Source of the DNA: Squalus acanthias
Lineage: Eukaryota
Length of the DNA: 64,000 nucleotides
Reading direction: 5' to 3'
NCBI GenBank assembly: GCA_030390025.1
Contig: CM059425.1
Coordinates: 167,092,001-167,156,000 of the forward strand
In this document: piece by piece, positions 23,500 to 33,199 of the stretch
Numbering within the stretch: the first letter of the stretch is position 1
How the letters are laid out: the number at the start of each line of letters is the position of its first letter
Translations under genes and position numbers: made by a program
Notes under the pieces: model-generated
Told to the model about the DNA's origin: nothing
The model's database searches: none
The model's input: only the letters and a program-made list of their open reading frames with translations

Positions 23500-26400
23500 T
23501 TAAATTCTGAGAAGGCTGCTGCGAGCTCTTCCCGACGGTGGGAGGGCACTGACCCCTTCCTTTGATCTGCCGCAGCCTGTTGCTGCTGCGATGGGACTGG
23601 GCCCTACCTGGGCTGCCTTAACCTTAAGCCTGCGCCTTGGGGCAGTCTGGGGACATGACCACATTTTCCTGGGCTGGGGTGCTCGACCTGACCTACGAGG
23701 AGTTGTCGGGGGCAGGAATCCCAGGACCGACGGACCGGGTTCCGAGACTTCCACCGGGACGACCTGTGGTCCCACCACAGTCGCTGGCTCCGCCTCCCCT
23801 GACTCCGCCTCCCTGACCTCGGGACTTGCAGCTTGTGGCACCGCCCTGCTCGGCCCAGCAGGCGGCCCTTCACTCGCAATCCCTACCTCCCCCGAGGGCA
23901 GGACGTTCAAGGCGGGCGGCTCGGGCTCTGAGGTTTCCACCGTCACGCCCTGTGGTCCCACAGTGGCTGGCTCCGCCTCCCCTAGCTCCTCCCTCCTGTG
24001 TTCGGGACCTGCAGCCTCGGTGTCCACCCTGTGTGGATCTCTATCTGCAGCCCCTGTCCTCCCTATACCTGAATCGGGGGCGACCCTTGCGTCCTCCGAT
24101 TCCCACTCGTCCTCATCACTATCCTCATCTGACTCGAGTTCCTGGAACTCTCCCTCATCTGACTCCCAACCCCACAAAAATGTTTCACAATTTTCCAGGA
24201 TGCCTCCTTCCCTGATGCAAGCTGCTCTGCCTGCCTGTGTGCCCTGTGGTCCTACCTGGGGCTGCGAGTCCCCACTCGCAGGGTTTGCCCCTGTGGCTTT
24301 CCCTTGTGCACCTGGCTTGTACAGTTTGCACTGGTTTACGTGGAACCACTTAGTGCGCCGAGGTACCTTTACGGCGTAAACCATGGGACTCGCCTTATCT
24401 ACAATATTGTAGGGTCCCATATACAGTGGTTCCAGACTCCCTACTCTGGCGTAGTTTCTGACCATAACCTGGTCTCCTACTTCCCACTCCCGCGTTTTGC
24501 GGGGTTCCAGCAACAGGCGATTGCCCTGATGCTGCCTTCCCATGTTCCCAGCCGCCTGCTCATAAACCTGCTTCAGGCGCTCCAAGAGGGTCTGGGCAAA
24601 CTTGTCCCTGCTTATCTCTTGGAGCTGACCCTCAGTGAGCACCGGCGCTAGCACATGGGTGGGGGTTCGCATGATCCTCCCAGTCATCACCTCGTGCGGG
24701 GAATACCCCGTACTTTTCGACTGACTGGCCCGGACCCCCATGAGGACTAAAGGCAGAACTTCCGCCCATTTTTGGGGCGAGTTCCTAGTCTCTTTCCTCA
24801 ATTTCTCCTTCAGGGTCCGGTTCATGCGTTCAACAATCCCGGATGACTGGGGATTGTGCGCTACGTGCCATTTCCCTTCAATGCCCAAAAGCATGAGGGT
24901 GTTCTGCATCACCTGGCCGGTGAAATGACTCCCTTGGTCTGACTCCACGAAACGGGGAAGTCCCCACCGCGAGAACACTTCCCTGACCAAGATTTTTGCA
25001 GTACCCAGTGCCGTAGCTGTTCGACAGGGGAAGGCTTCCACCCATTTGGAAAACACATCCACCAAGACGAGGCAGTATTTATAGCCTCCCTGGGTGGTGG
25101 GCAGGGGCCCTATATAGTCGATCTGTATCGACTGCCATGGTCCCTCTACCCTTCTTACGTGCCCCATGGGCACTTTCCTTTTCTGGGGGTCTGGGTTGTT
25201 TGCAGCACACACGAGACAGCTCGCACAGAACTCGCGGACCTGTTCCCTGAGCCCCGGCCACCATCCCGCTTGCTCTACCCGTTGCCAGGTAACCTCGGGC
25301 CCGGGGTGCCCTGCCCCTGGTCCCTCGTGAGCCAGCTGGAGGAACTCCCTCCTGTGCTGCTGCGGCACAACCCACTGCTCCTCGCGGAACAGCATGCCTT
25401 CCTTAACTGAGAGGGTTGCCGTACTGTACGGACCCTCTACCTGCTTCCCCTCAGCAATGGTTTTTAGGACTGCTTTTAGGGCGGGATCCTGGTTCTGGAC
25501 GGTCTTAAGGTCTAGGGGCAATGCTACACTGGAGTTCCCGGGATTCCCGTCCCTGCCTTGGATCGCTGCTATGGGTCTGGTCCCATAGGGGTCCCAGAAA
25601 ATGCCGTTGCGGGCACCTTCCCTGGCTAGCGCATCCGCCTGCTGGTTGCCCTCCCCACGGGGCTCTGTGGAGGAGTGAGCCTTCACCTTATGGATGAAAA
25701 TCTCCCCTTCCTCCCCTACTGCTGCTAGGATCATTTCCAGCAAGGGCTTCACCGTTAAAGGTCGCCCGTCCGCGGAGGTGTATCCACGGCGGGACCAAAT
25801 GGCCAGGTATTCCGTACACGAATTGCATGTGAACATACTGTCCGAGCAAATCGTGTATGGGGTTGGGAAAATGTCTGGGTGGGTAACAACGTACACCACA
25901 GCAGACAGCTCAGCCTGCTGCGCGCTCATGGTGCTAGGGAGCTTGATCGCCAGGGCAAGGTTTGCCGCAGGGTCATAAACTCCACACCCTGTGAGACGTT
26001 CACCAGCAGATACTGTGCTGGAACCATCAACATAAATCTCGCGCCCAGTGGGATGTATCCCGGCCCGCAAACCTATGTTGACGTCCCACACCCCTTCCAC
26101 CGAACATCGGTGGGCTGTACCGGGGTATACCAAATTGGCCGCAAGCCTGGGCTCGCAAAGACCTTTAACTCTACGATCCATCTGGGAAAGAAGAAGGGTC
26201 CAGCGCGCAATGCGCACGCTGCTTACGGTCCCATCTTTAATTCTCCCATCTAAAAGCATCTTAGTTGGTGTGTGATGGGTGAGGAGAGTGATGGGAGAGA
26301 GCCCTGTGAAGATCGCTGATCTTTTCACAGCCCAATGCGTGGCTAAAAGGTGCCTTTCGCAATTGGAGAAACTCCTCTCCACATCCGTTAACACCCTGGA

Positions 26401-27987
26401 CGAATAGACAACCGGCCTCAGCTTGCCGTGGCGCTCTTGGAGCAGCACAGCGCTCAAACTGTCCCCGCTGGCAGCTACCTCCAGGAAAAACTCCTTCCCC
26501 CCATCTATGGCCCCTAAGGCTGGCGCGGTCTGCAGATCCCTTTTTAACTTCTCGAAGGCTGCTTGGCAGCCCTCGTCCCAAGACCACTCCACTCCCTTAT
26601 GGAGGAGTCGGAGGAGCGGCGCCGCTGTGGCCGCATAGTCTTCGATAAAATCCCTGCAGTAACCGGTCAGTCCCAAGAAAGACCTCACACCCCTTATATT
26701 GTTAGGAATCGGTAACTCTTGCACCAACTCCCTCCTAGCCTTATCTATGGCTCTTTCCCCAGCGCGAATGGTCAGCCCCAGGAATTTTACTTCCTGCTGA
26801 CCGATACGTGCTTTCTTAGGGTTTACTTTAAAACCCTTTCTCGCTAGCAGCTCCAATAACTCGGCCAGCAGTGGTCCATGCTCCTCCCTTGAGTCCGTAA
26901 ATAGGAGCAAATCATCCACGTACTGCACTATCTGATTGGGCTGACTAAACTCCTTTAAACTTCCTGCCATACACTGATGGAAAATACTGGGGCTGTTGTG
27001 GAAACCCTGTGGCAGACAGTTCCATGTGTACTGTTGTCCTTTGAAAGTAAAGGCAAACTTGTACTGGTCCTCTCGCCGCAGCAGGATGGACCAAAAACCG
27101 TTCGAGATATCCAGCACCGTGAACGTGGTCGCGGACGCTGGGATACTCCCTATTAGGTCAGCAACTGCTGCTACCGTGGGCGCGCAGGCGGGAATGTTAC
27201 TGTTGAGGACTCTGTAGTCCACCGTGGCCCTCCACGAATTATCCGGCTTCCTAACCGGCCATAATGGGGAGTTCACGTGTGTGGCTATCGGCCTCAACAT
27301 GCCCTGCTGCACCAAGGAGGACATTGCTATCTCCATGTCGGGTTCTGCTTCTTTGGGGAAGTTATACTGCTTTTGGGGCCGGGTCATGGGGTCCCCATCT
27401 ACGCTGACCTCAAACCCGGTAACCCTCCCACAATCGTGCTTGTGGGTTGCAAACGCGTGCATATTATCTGACACGTACGTTTGCATGTCCGTTGGGACAT
27501 CTGCGACCATAAGCCCGAGGTCGTAGCCTCCGGATGGCTGCATGGTACACAGGACCCCTGTTTCTTCCTCCCCCGGAATTACCACTACCTCGCCTTCTTC
27601 ACTCTTAGCCCCCCAGAGACAGTGATTTCTGAGGTCCACGAGGATCCCGTGCCCTGATAGGAGATCGGACCCGAGGATAACACTTCCGCCCCCCTCCTGC
27701 CATTCCATCAGTATGCACTTCCACTTAATGTGGAGTGCTCCTAAACGAATGGATAGCGGAAGGGAGAACGCGCCAGCCTGTTCTTTTCCCGTGAACCCCG
27801 CTAATGTGAATGGGACCTTGGTAGATAGCGGTGAGTCAAAAGGGCTATCTGTATGAATCACGATGCAAGAAGCTCCCGTGTCCAACAAATAACTACCCTT
27901 CTGTTTCTCTACCTCCATTTCCACCAAGGGTCGCTTCCACGCATCATAGCTGAGCGGACACAGGTAGACGGGCTGCGCGGGCTCTAG
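23500..27987 (-). CDS. pol: Pol polyprotein (protease, RT, tether, RNase H, integrase), in frame with gag
   Basis: LLDTGA; LPQGF..YVDD; IYVDGSS..AELSA..SDS..VKAH..ADALA; HHCC plus IDYIGP..SDQG..VERMNRTLK; GPY; open from the codon after the gag stop. Confidence 0.96.
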   Translation of the reverse strand, partial: LEPAQPVYLCPLSYDAWKRPLVEMEVEKQKGSYLLDTGASCIVIHTDSPFDSPLSTKVPFTLAGFTGKEQAGAFSLPLSIRLGALHIKWKCILMEWQEGGGSVILGSDLLSGHGILVDLRNHCLWGAKSEEGEVVVIPGEEETGVLCTMQPSGGYDLGLMVADVPTDMQTYVSDNMHAFATHKHDCGRVTGFEVSVDGDPMTRPQKQYNFPKEAEPDMEIAMSSLVQQGMLRPIATHVNSPLWPVRKPDNSWRATVDYRVLNSNIPACAPTVAAVADLIGSIPASATTFTVLDISNGFWSILLRREDQYKFAFTFKGQQYTWNCLPQGFHNSPSIFHQCMAGSLKEFSQPNQIVQYVDDLLLFTDSREEHGPLLAELLELLARKGFKVNPKKARIGQQEVKFLGLTIRAGERAIDKARRELVQELPIPNNIRGVRSFLGLTGYCRDFIEDYAATAAPLLRLLHKGVEWSWDEGCQAAFEKLKRDLQTAPALGAIDGGKEFFLEVAASGDSLSAVLLQERHGKLRPVVYSSRVLTDVERSFSNCERHLLATHWAVKRSAIFTGLSPITLLTHHTPTKMLLDGRIKDGTVSSVRIARWTLLLSQMDRRVKGLCEPRLAANLVYPGTAHRCSVEGVWDVNIGLRAGIHPTGREIYVDGSSTVSAGERLTGCGVYDPAANLALAIKLPSTMSAQQAELSAVVYVVTHPDIFPTPYTICSDSMFTCNSCTEYLAIWSRRGYTSADGRPLTVKPLLEMILAAVGEEGEIFIHKVKAHSSTEPRGEGNQQADALAREGARNGIFWDPYGTRPIAAIQGRDGNPGNSSVALPLDLKTVQNQDPALKAVLKTIAEGKQVEGPYSTATLSVKEGMLFREEQWVVPQQHRREFLQLAHEGPGAGHPGPEVTWQRVEQAGWWPGLREQVREFCASCLVCAANNPDPQKRKVPMGHVRRVEGPWQSIQIDYIGPLPTTQGGYKYCLVLVDVFSKWVEAFPCRTATALGTAKILVREVFSRWGLPRFVESDQGSHFTGQVMQNTLMLLGIEGKWHVAHNPQSSGIVERMNRTLKEKLRKETRNSPQKWAEVLPLVLMGVRASQSKSTGYSPHEVMTGRIMRTPTHVLAPVLTEGQLQEISRDKFAQTLLERLKQVYEQAAGNMGRQHQGNRLLLEPRKTREWEVGDQVMVRNYARVGSLEPLYMGPYNIVDKASPMVYAVKVPRRTKWFHVNQCKLYKPGAQGKATGANPASGDSQPQVGPQGTQAGRAACIREGGILENCETFLWGWESDEGEFQELESDEDSDEDEWESEDARVAPDSGIGRTGAADRDPHRVDTEAAGPEHRREELGEAEPATVGPQGVTVETSEPEPPALNVLPSGEVGIASEGPPAGPSRAVPQAASPEVREAESGEAEPATVVGPQVVPVEVSEPGPSVLGFLPPTTPRRSGRAPQPRKMWSCPQTAPRRRLKVKAAQVGPSPIAAATGCGRSKEGVSALPPSGRARSSLLRI

Positions 27988-29793
27988 TCATTGGGTATTG
28001 TTAGACGGGCCTGTGGCACCTGCGGGGCTGGTAGCAACCGCCACTTTTCCATGCGCACTCATGAAGTTGCGCATGGCTCCCAACACTGTTTCGAGGTCGT
28101 CGGGAGGGGTGGGTGCACTAGCTTCCCTAACAGAGACAGGCATCTGGGCTCGGGCTGCGGGATTTTTATCCCTGGAATCCTTCCAAGGATTCCTGCAGTT
28201 CTTACGCCAGTGCCCTGTCTTCCCACACCCGTAACAAGCATTGCTGGCCTGCGGGGCGCGGTTACCCTCCTGATGCCACTCCCTTTGAGCCGGGGCTGCG
28301 GGTCGTACCTCATGTACTTTTCCTTTAAGGGGACGTGTTCCCATACCCCTGATATTACGGTATCCTACCGTGAGTCGATTTAAGACCGACTCCTCCGTAA
28401 TGTTGGGGTCAGTGGGATCAAACCACGCTTTTGCCTGCTCTCTGACGGCTGGCAAACTGTTGGCTACTATACACCTGAGCCAATGAGTTAAACCGATGCC
28501 GTCCACAGCGTCGCACTCTGGCGCACCTGGGCAGCTGCGCTGATATACTGGCCACAGCCTGTCGGCGAAAACCTTCGGGGGTTCTCCCTCCATCTGCACT
28601 GTCTGTCCCACTCTAACAAACGGACCTTCATCGTCCGTCCCCAATACTTCTAGGACCTCATTTTTTAATGCCTCATAGGTCTTGGTTCCCCTCTTGCTCT
28701 CGTCCGAAAGACACTGAAGGATTGAACTACCTAATGAAAATAACAGCATTTTTGCTGTTTCCCCATCATCGCAGCCGTTAATGGCTGCGGTTTGCTCAAC
28801 TTCTCTAAAGTGTACGGAAGGGTCGTCTGACTCGGTCAGCTTCCGTACGTGATTTATCATAACTCTCAGCTGGTGTGAGCTGTGAGGCAACACAAGCTGG
28901 TTGAGGAGATCCCCTGGTTCCCCACCGTTTCCGTTTGGGCCCCTTTTTATACCCGTAACCGGACACAACGGTCCCTTTTCCACTTCTCCCTCAGTGGGCT
29001 CTTTCGTTTCTTCTACTACTTCCTCCCTTACCCAGGTTTCCGAATAGCTGGGTGGCGCGGAGGGCGTAGTGGCTAATACTTCCTTTGCTTTACTTGGTGG
29101 GAATTTCTGAAACTCCTCATCTACTAGCGGCTGGTGTGCTGACGGACTGATAAGGCACACCATGCCGTGCGCTTTGTTCACGGCCCTCTTAAGGTGCTCT
29201 ATCTCCTTTTGGCAGACGCTATGATCGGCCCCCTGAAACTTATCCTCAAGGGCCATCTTATATGCCGCCCTAACCCCCGTTAAGCTCTCTTCCTGGGCTT
29301 TTATTTGGGCAGCTTGGCGGGCACATCGTTCCTTTAGTCTGCCCTCACTTAACTTTGCCTCAGTGACCTGGCACTCGAGGTAATCTATTTTTGCTTTATG
29401 GTGACTGGTGATTTCCTGGCGTTCTCGGTGCAGCGCACTTAAATTCCTAATGAGCAACTCCCCTCCAGAGACCTTCTCATCCATTTCCTCCTCTAAATGC
29501 CTGATCCGAGCTGTTTGCGCTGTAATGACCTGGTTTGAAATCTGGACCTGCCTTTTATAACACATTAACCAGACTGCTTTCTCGACTGTCTTTTTATGTT
29601 CCTTACTATCTGTCCACCTCTCGGCTGCCTCTAGTGGACTCTTATCCGCTAACAGGTCACTTATCCATTTCTTAGTTAAATTTACCTTTCCGAACACATA
29701 ATCTGCTATCTTTTCCTGCATGACATTTCGTACATTCACACCAAAGTCTAACGCACTACCCTCTCGCTGCCAGTGTCCTGCCGCGGTCGCCAT
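27988..29793 (-). CDS. gag: Gag polyprotein
   Basis: 601 aa between the PBS and pol; N-terminal coiled coil, PSAPPSY, capsid-like region, CYGCGKTGHWRKNC zinc knuckle. Confidence 0.93.
   Translation of the reverse strand: MATAAGHWQREGSALDFGVNVRNVMQEKIADYVFGKVNLTKKWISDLLADKSPLEAAERWTDSKEHKKTVEKAVWLMCYKRQVQISNQVITAQTARIRHLEEEMDEKVSGGELLIRNLSALHRERQEITSHHKAKIDYLECQVTEAKLSEGRLKERCARQAAQIKAQEESLTGVRAAYKMALEDKFQGADHSVCQKEIEHLKRAVNKAHGMVCLISPSAHQPLVDEEFQKFPPSKAKEVLATTPSAPPSYSETWVREEVVEETKEPTEGEVEKGPLCPVTGIKRGPNGNGGEPGDLLNQLVLPHSSHQLRVMINHVRKLTESDDPSVHFREVEQTAAINGCDDGETAKMLLFSLGSSILQCLSDESKRGTKTYEALKNEVLEVLGTDDEGPFVRVGQTVQMEGEPPKVFADRLWPVYQRSCPGAPECDAVDGIGLTHWLRCIVANSLPAVREQAKAWFDPTDPNITEESVLNRLTVGYRNIRGMGTRPLKGKVHEVRPAAPAQREWHQEGNRAPQASNACYGCGKTGHWRKNCRNPWKDSRDKNPAARAQMPVSVREASAPTPPDDLETVLGAMRNFMSAHGKVAVATSPAGATGPSNNTQ
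29775..29792 (-). promoter_or_regulatory. primer binding site, tRNA-Arg(TCG)
   Basis: TGGCGACCGCGGCAGGAC lies 5 nt inside the 5' LTR boundary; complementary to the recalled vertebrate tRNA-Arg 3' end GUCCUGCCGCGGUCG-CCA. Confidence 0.85.
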
Positions 29794-29797
29794 TTTC

Positions 29798-31507
29798 TGT
29801 AAGGGTTTCTCTCTGAACCTGTGCGATTCGTGTGGCTCTGTGCAGCCTGGATGCTAGTGCGGGTTTAGGCCTTGTTGCCTGTTCTGGTCTCCAGCCAGTC
29901 TGGGAGCACTAGACACCTGTGAGTGGTTCGACCCACTCGCCCTTACGGTTCTGACACTGGACTTAGATGCGAGAGCAGTAATGGAGATAAAACTCAGGTA
30001 GACCCAGTTGAATGGTACGAAATGGAAAATCTTTATTGCATAGTATTTAAGATTACGAAATACATGTCATAAGCACAGATTAATGACAGTACAATCTTAC
30101 ACGCAGTTATGTAACTAATTTCAGGGAAACGAGGAACGAACGACACATCGTAAATGGGGGCACACATTACAATTATCCTTAAAACTTAAACCCTCCCCTA
30201 TCAATATCTGCCCTAAGCTAGATTTGTAGGATCGAGACTCATGCTCACCACTCGTGATAACTCGGAGAATTCCGAAAACTCTGATCGGATGTTTTTCACC
30301 GCAGCACCCACGTGTCGATCAGGGGTCTCTGTACCCCACTTGTTTACTCATTTCTGCTCCGGCTAGCAGGCTGGAACGTCTGCTGTCATGAAGATCTGTG
30401 TTGTCCTCGGAGTTCCGACACTGCTCAAAGAAGAGTCTTCCTGTGCCCTCGCACGGATACGATAAAATTCGAAGAATAGTCTTCCTGTGCCAGTTCTATA
30501 AAACTCAAAAGAAAGTCTTCCTGGGCAAGGAAAGTGTCTATTCGACCTACAGGCGCGGTCGGAGCTTACTGACCGTGGCGATACGTATGGTCTTCTTCTC
30601 TTCTCATCTCATCTCATCTCATCTCATCTCATCTCATCTCGGGCCTTCGGTTCCAACACCGTTTACCGACTTCTCGGGATGGTGCGCCCGCTTCAAGGCT
30701 TCACAGCCCAGTTCCACACAGATCTTCGCGGCACGCCACGAGGTAGATCCGAGCGGATCGTAAAGTTCAACAGTCTTTAAAAGCTGCAAGAGGCAGAGAC
30801 ACGAGGCAGGCGGCAAGGAGTCGAAAGGATAAGAGCACAGGAGCAGCCACGAGGATAAGAGTCAACCGAATAAGAGAAAGATGGACGGTTGGAGCTTGCA
30901 GTTATAGTGCAAAATCTTCCTTTTCCCGCCCAACCTTAATGTCTTTTCTTTTGTTAGGGTTTGGCGCTCAAATGTCTTGTATAGGGTGATCTCCGTTTTA
31001 ATGGGTTTCGGGGATACTCGTAACTGTCTGAGTACCTGTTAATACTTTTCCCATTGTTTAATCGGTCGGTGTTCTCCCTGGAGGGGTTTTGGGGCTTCCA
31101 AATGTTTTCTGTAACTACCCGCTAACGGCTCTCTCATCGTAGAGTCGTTGGGATTTTGCATATTAATGTCTTTGGATGGGTTCTTGATTACTTGGTATAA
31201 TAGCCCTTATTCGCACCTGGGAGACCGATCTCAGTATTTATGTGTATACTGCAAACCCATGATGTCTCGTGTATTATCTTAAATGTGTTGAGTCTTGATC
31301 GATCTTGCACAAATGTTTATTGGAACGCCATCTTGTCTGCCTGTCGAAAAGTCTAGAATGTTCCGCCACGAGGCGTGGCGGCCATTTTACAAGCTGCTTG
31401 TGTCCACTTTGAAAACCTGACAGCATTCTGCTGAAATAAAGCTGTTTGAACGAAACTATGTGTTTTCTCCTTATTTAATAAAATCGCGATATATTGCGAA
31501 TTCTACA
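29798..31507 (-). repeat. 5' LTR (1710 bp)
   Basis: matches the 3' LTR except ~7 substitutions and two extra pentanucleotide microsatellite units. Confidence 0.97.
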
Positions 31508-32120
31508 CAATGTCGTCCTTATGTGAAATCTCCTGTAGAGCACAAGAGGGAGCCTTGAGAGGAAACCTGTCAGAATGGAGGGTGTACTTCTTACCGTTAG
31601 AATGCCCAACTCCGAACTGTTTGTCTGAATTAAAACATTCAACAATCTCCATACTAGGATTTGATTGGAAAACTCAGTCCCAATTTGAGACAACTTTTGA
31701 ATTTCTCCAAGAACTTGGGCCACGATTTTGCTGGCGCTCAGAGGGCGGGTTCGGAGGCGGGTCAGCTGTTAAAGTCGCAATGATTGACGGCAGGTTGGAA
31801 ACCCGCCGCGATCCCGCCTCCGTGTGAGTTTCAAGAGTGTCGGGTCTGCAATTTCAAAACAGACCAAGCGGCAGGTGAGGGATTTAAGACACTTAACTCC
31901 TTGTTAAGTGCTTGTTAACTGCTATTTTGACAGCCTATTCCTATTTTCTCACTTTTTCAACAGGATTCACAACGTTCGGATATCACGCCAGGTAAATATG
32001 TTGGGAGGACCAACGAGCTGGATAGTTCACAGCTGCAACTGCAGTCTAAAAGCTACACTCTCACATCTGTTCAATTTCAAATGTTAGAGGTTGCTGATTT
32101 AACGATTTGGGAGACTCATT

Positions 32121-32968
32121 GGGCTGGATTTTGTCAATGGAGGCGGGACTGCTGCTTACCGGCTTTCAGTCCCACCTCCATCAGCCCCGCCTCCATCAGC
32201 TTCTGGCCAACCAGCAGGATTTCTCCCTGATTGACCTTGTTAAGCACGCCCGGCAGGCTCAGCAGGCCAATTAGGGGGAAGTCAGTGACAGAGCACGTCA
32301 ACGTATGACATGTCATCTGTCAAGAATTTTTGAAAGAAGAAATGTCATCGTTTGATAGCTCTGTGAATCTGTCAAACACTGACATTCTGTGTAGTTTGAT
32401 GAGTCCTTGTGTTCAGGACTCATCAAACCTTTCAACTTTGCAGAAATCACCTGGCTGTTGGTTCAGAGGAACCAACAGCCAGTCTGTGAAATCTACAATG
32501 GAGATGTTGAGACTCCGGCTCCTCAGCGGCTGAAGGCTGTAGGTAGAAACAAAGGTAAGTGAACATTTTCTAACACTTTACACTCACTTACGTACTTACC
32601 ACTCCACACTTGCACCCATCACTCACCTCTACATCATACTTTCAGACCCCTCCGACCCCCGCAGACCTCCAACTCATCTCCTACACCCTGGCGGGGTTCC
32701 CCGAGGTCGGGAAGCCTGCACTTTGGAAGAAAAAATGGGGAAGATCCCATTTTCTGCCTTTTAACTACCTGTTAACAGGCAGTTAATAAGCTTTAATCCC
32801 TTTCCCGCCTCGAGGAGATGGGACCTGGGGCAGGACGGCTTCTCGCCTCCTGGCAAGAGGGCATGGAGGTGGGTTGGGGGTGGGTTTGCCACCCGCCCCC
32901 AAATTCTGCAACTTTACCGGCAGTCCCACCTCCATACCCGTCTCCTCGGGGCTGACAAAATCCAGCCC
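32121..32968. mobile_element. Harbinger-type MITE
   Basis: 16-bp TIR GGGCTGGATTTTGTCA / TGACAAAATCCAGCCC; 3-bp TSD ATT (32118-32120 and 32969-32971). Confidence 0.9.
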
Positions 32969-33199
32969 ATTCTGTCTTAAGGCTGTAAGTGTGTGGTGTT
33001 AACTCTATATCCACAGTCACCTCCATTGCTGGATATAAAAGGCGCCCTCACCCTTCACTGTGCCACCTCAAATTGTGAACACACATATGGCAATGATGTC
33101 AAACATTCATACAACATTAATTTATTCCAACAGAATAAAAGAACAGAAACTTAACATTGATTTATAGCAGAACACCCAAGTGAGTACCCTTGTGATTAT

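Larger units (their letters stand above)
18700..31507 (-). mobile_element. full-length endogenous retrovirus, lokiretrovirus-like (LTR-gag-pol-env-LTR)
   Basis: paired TGTA...TACA LTRs, TSD CAAT (18696-18699 and 31508-31511), PBS, PPT, intact gag and pol, env with one frameshift. Confidence 0.95.

Noticed and set aside
23591..24379. 262-aa antisense ORF opposite the pol tail (possible antisense accessory gene)
   Set aside because: codon-aligned shadow of a GC-rich low-complexity region; no motif or independent support
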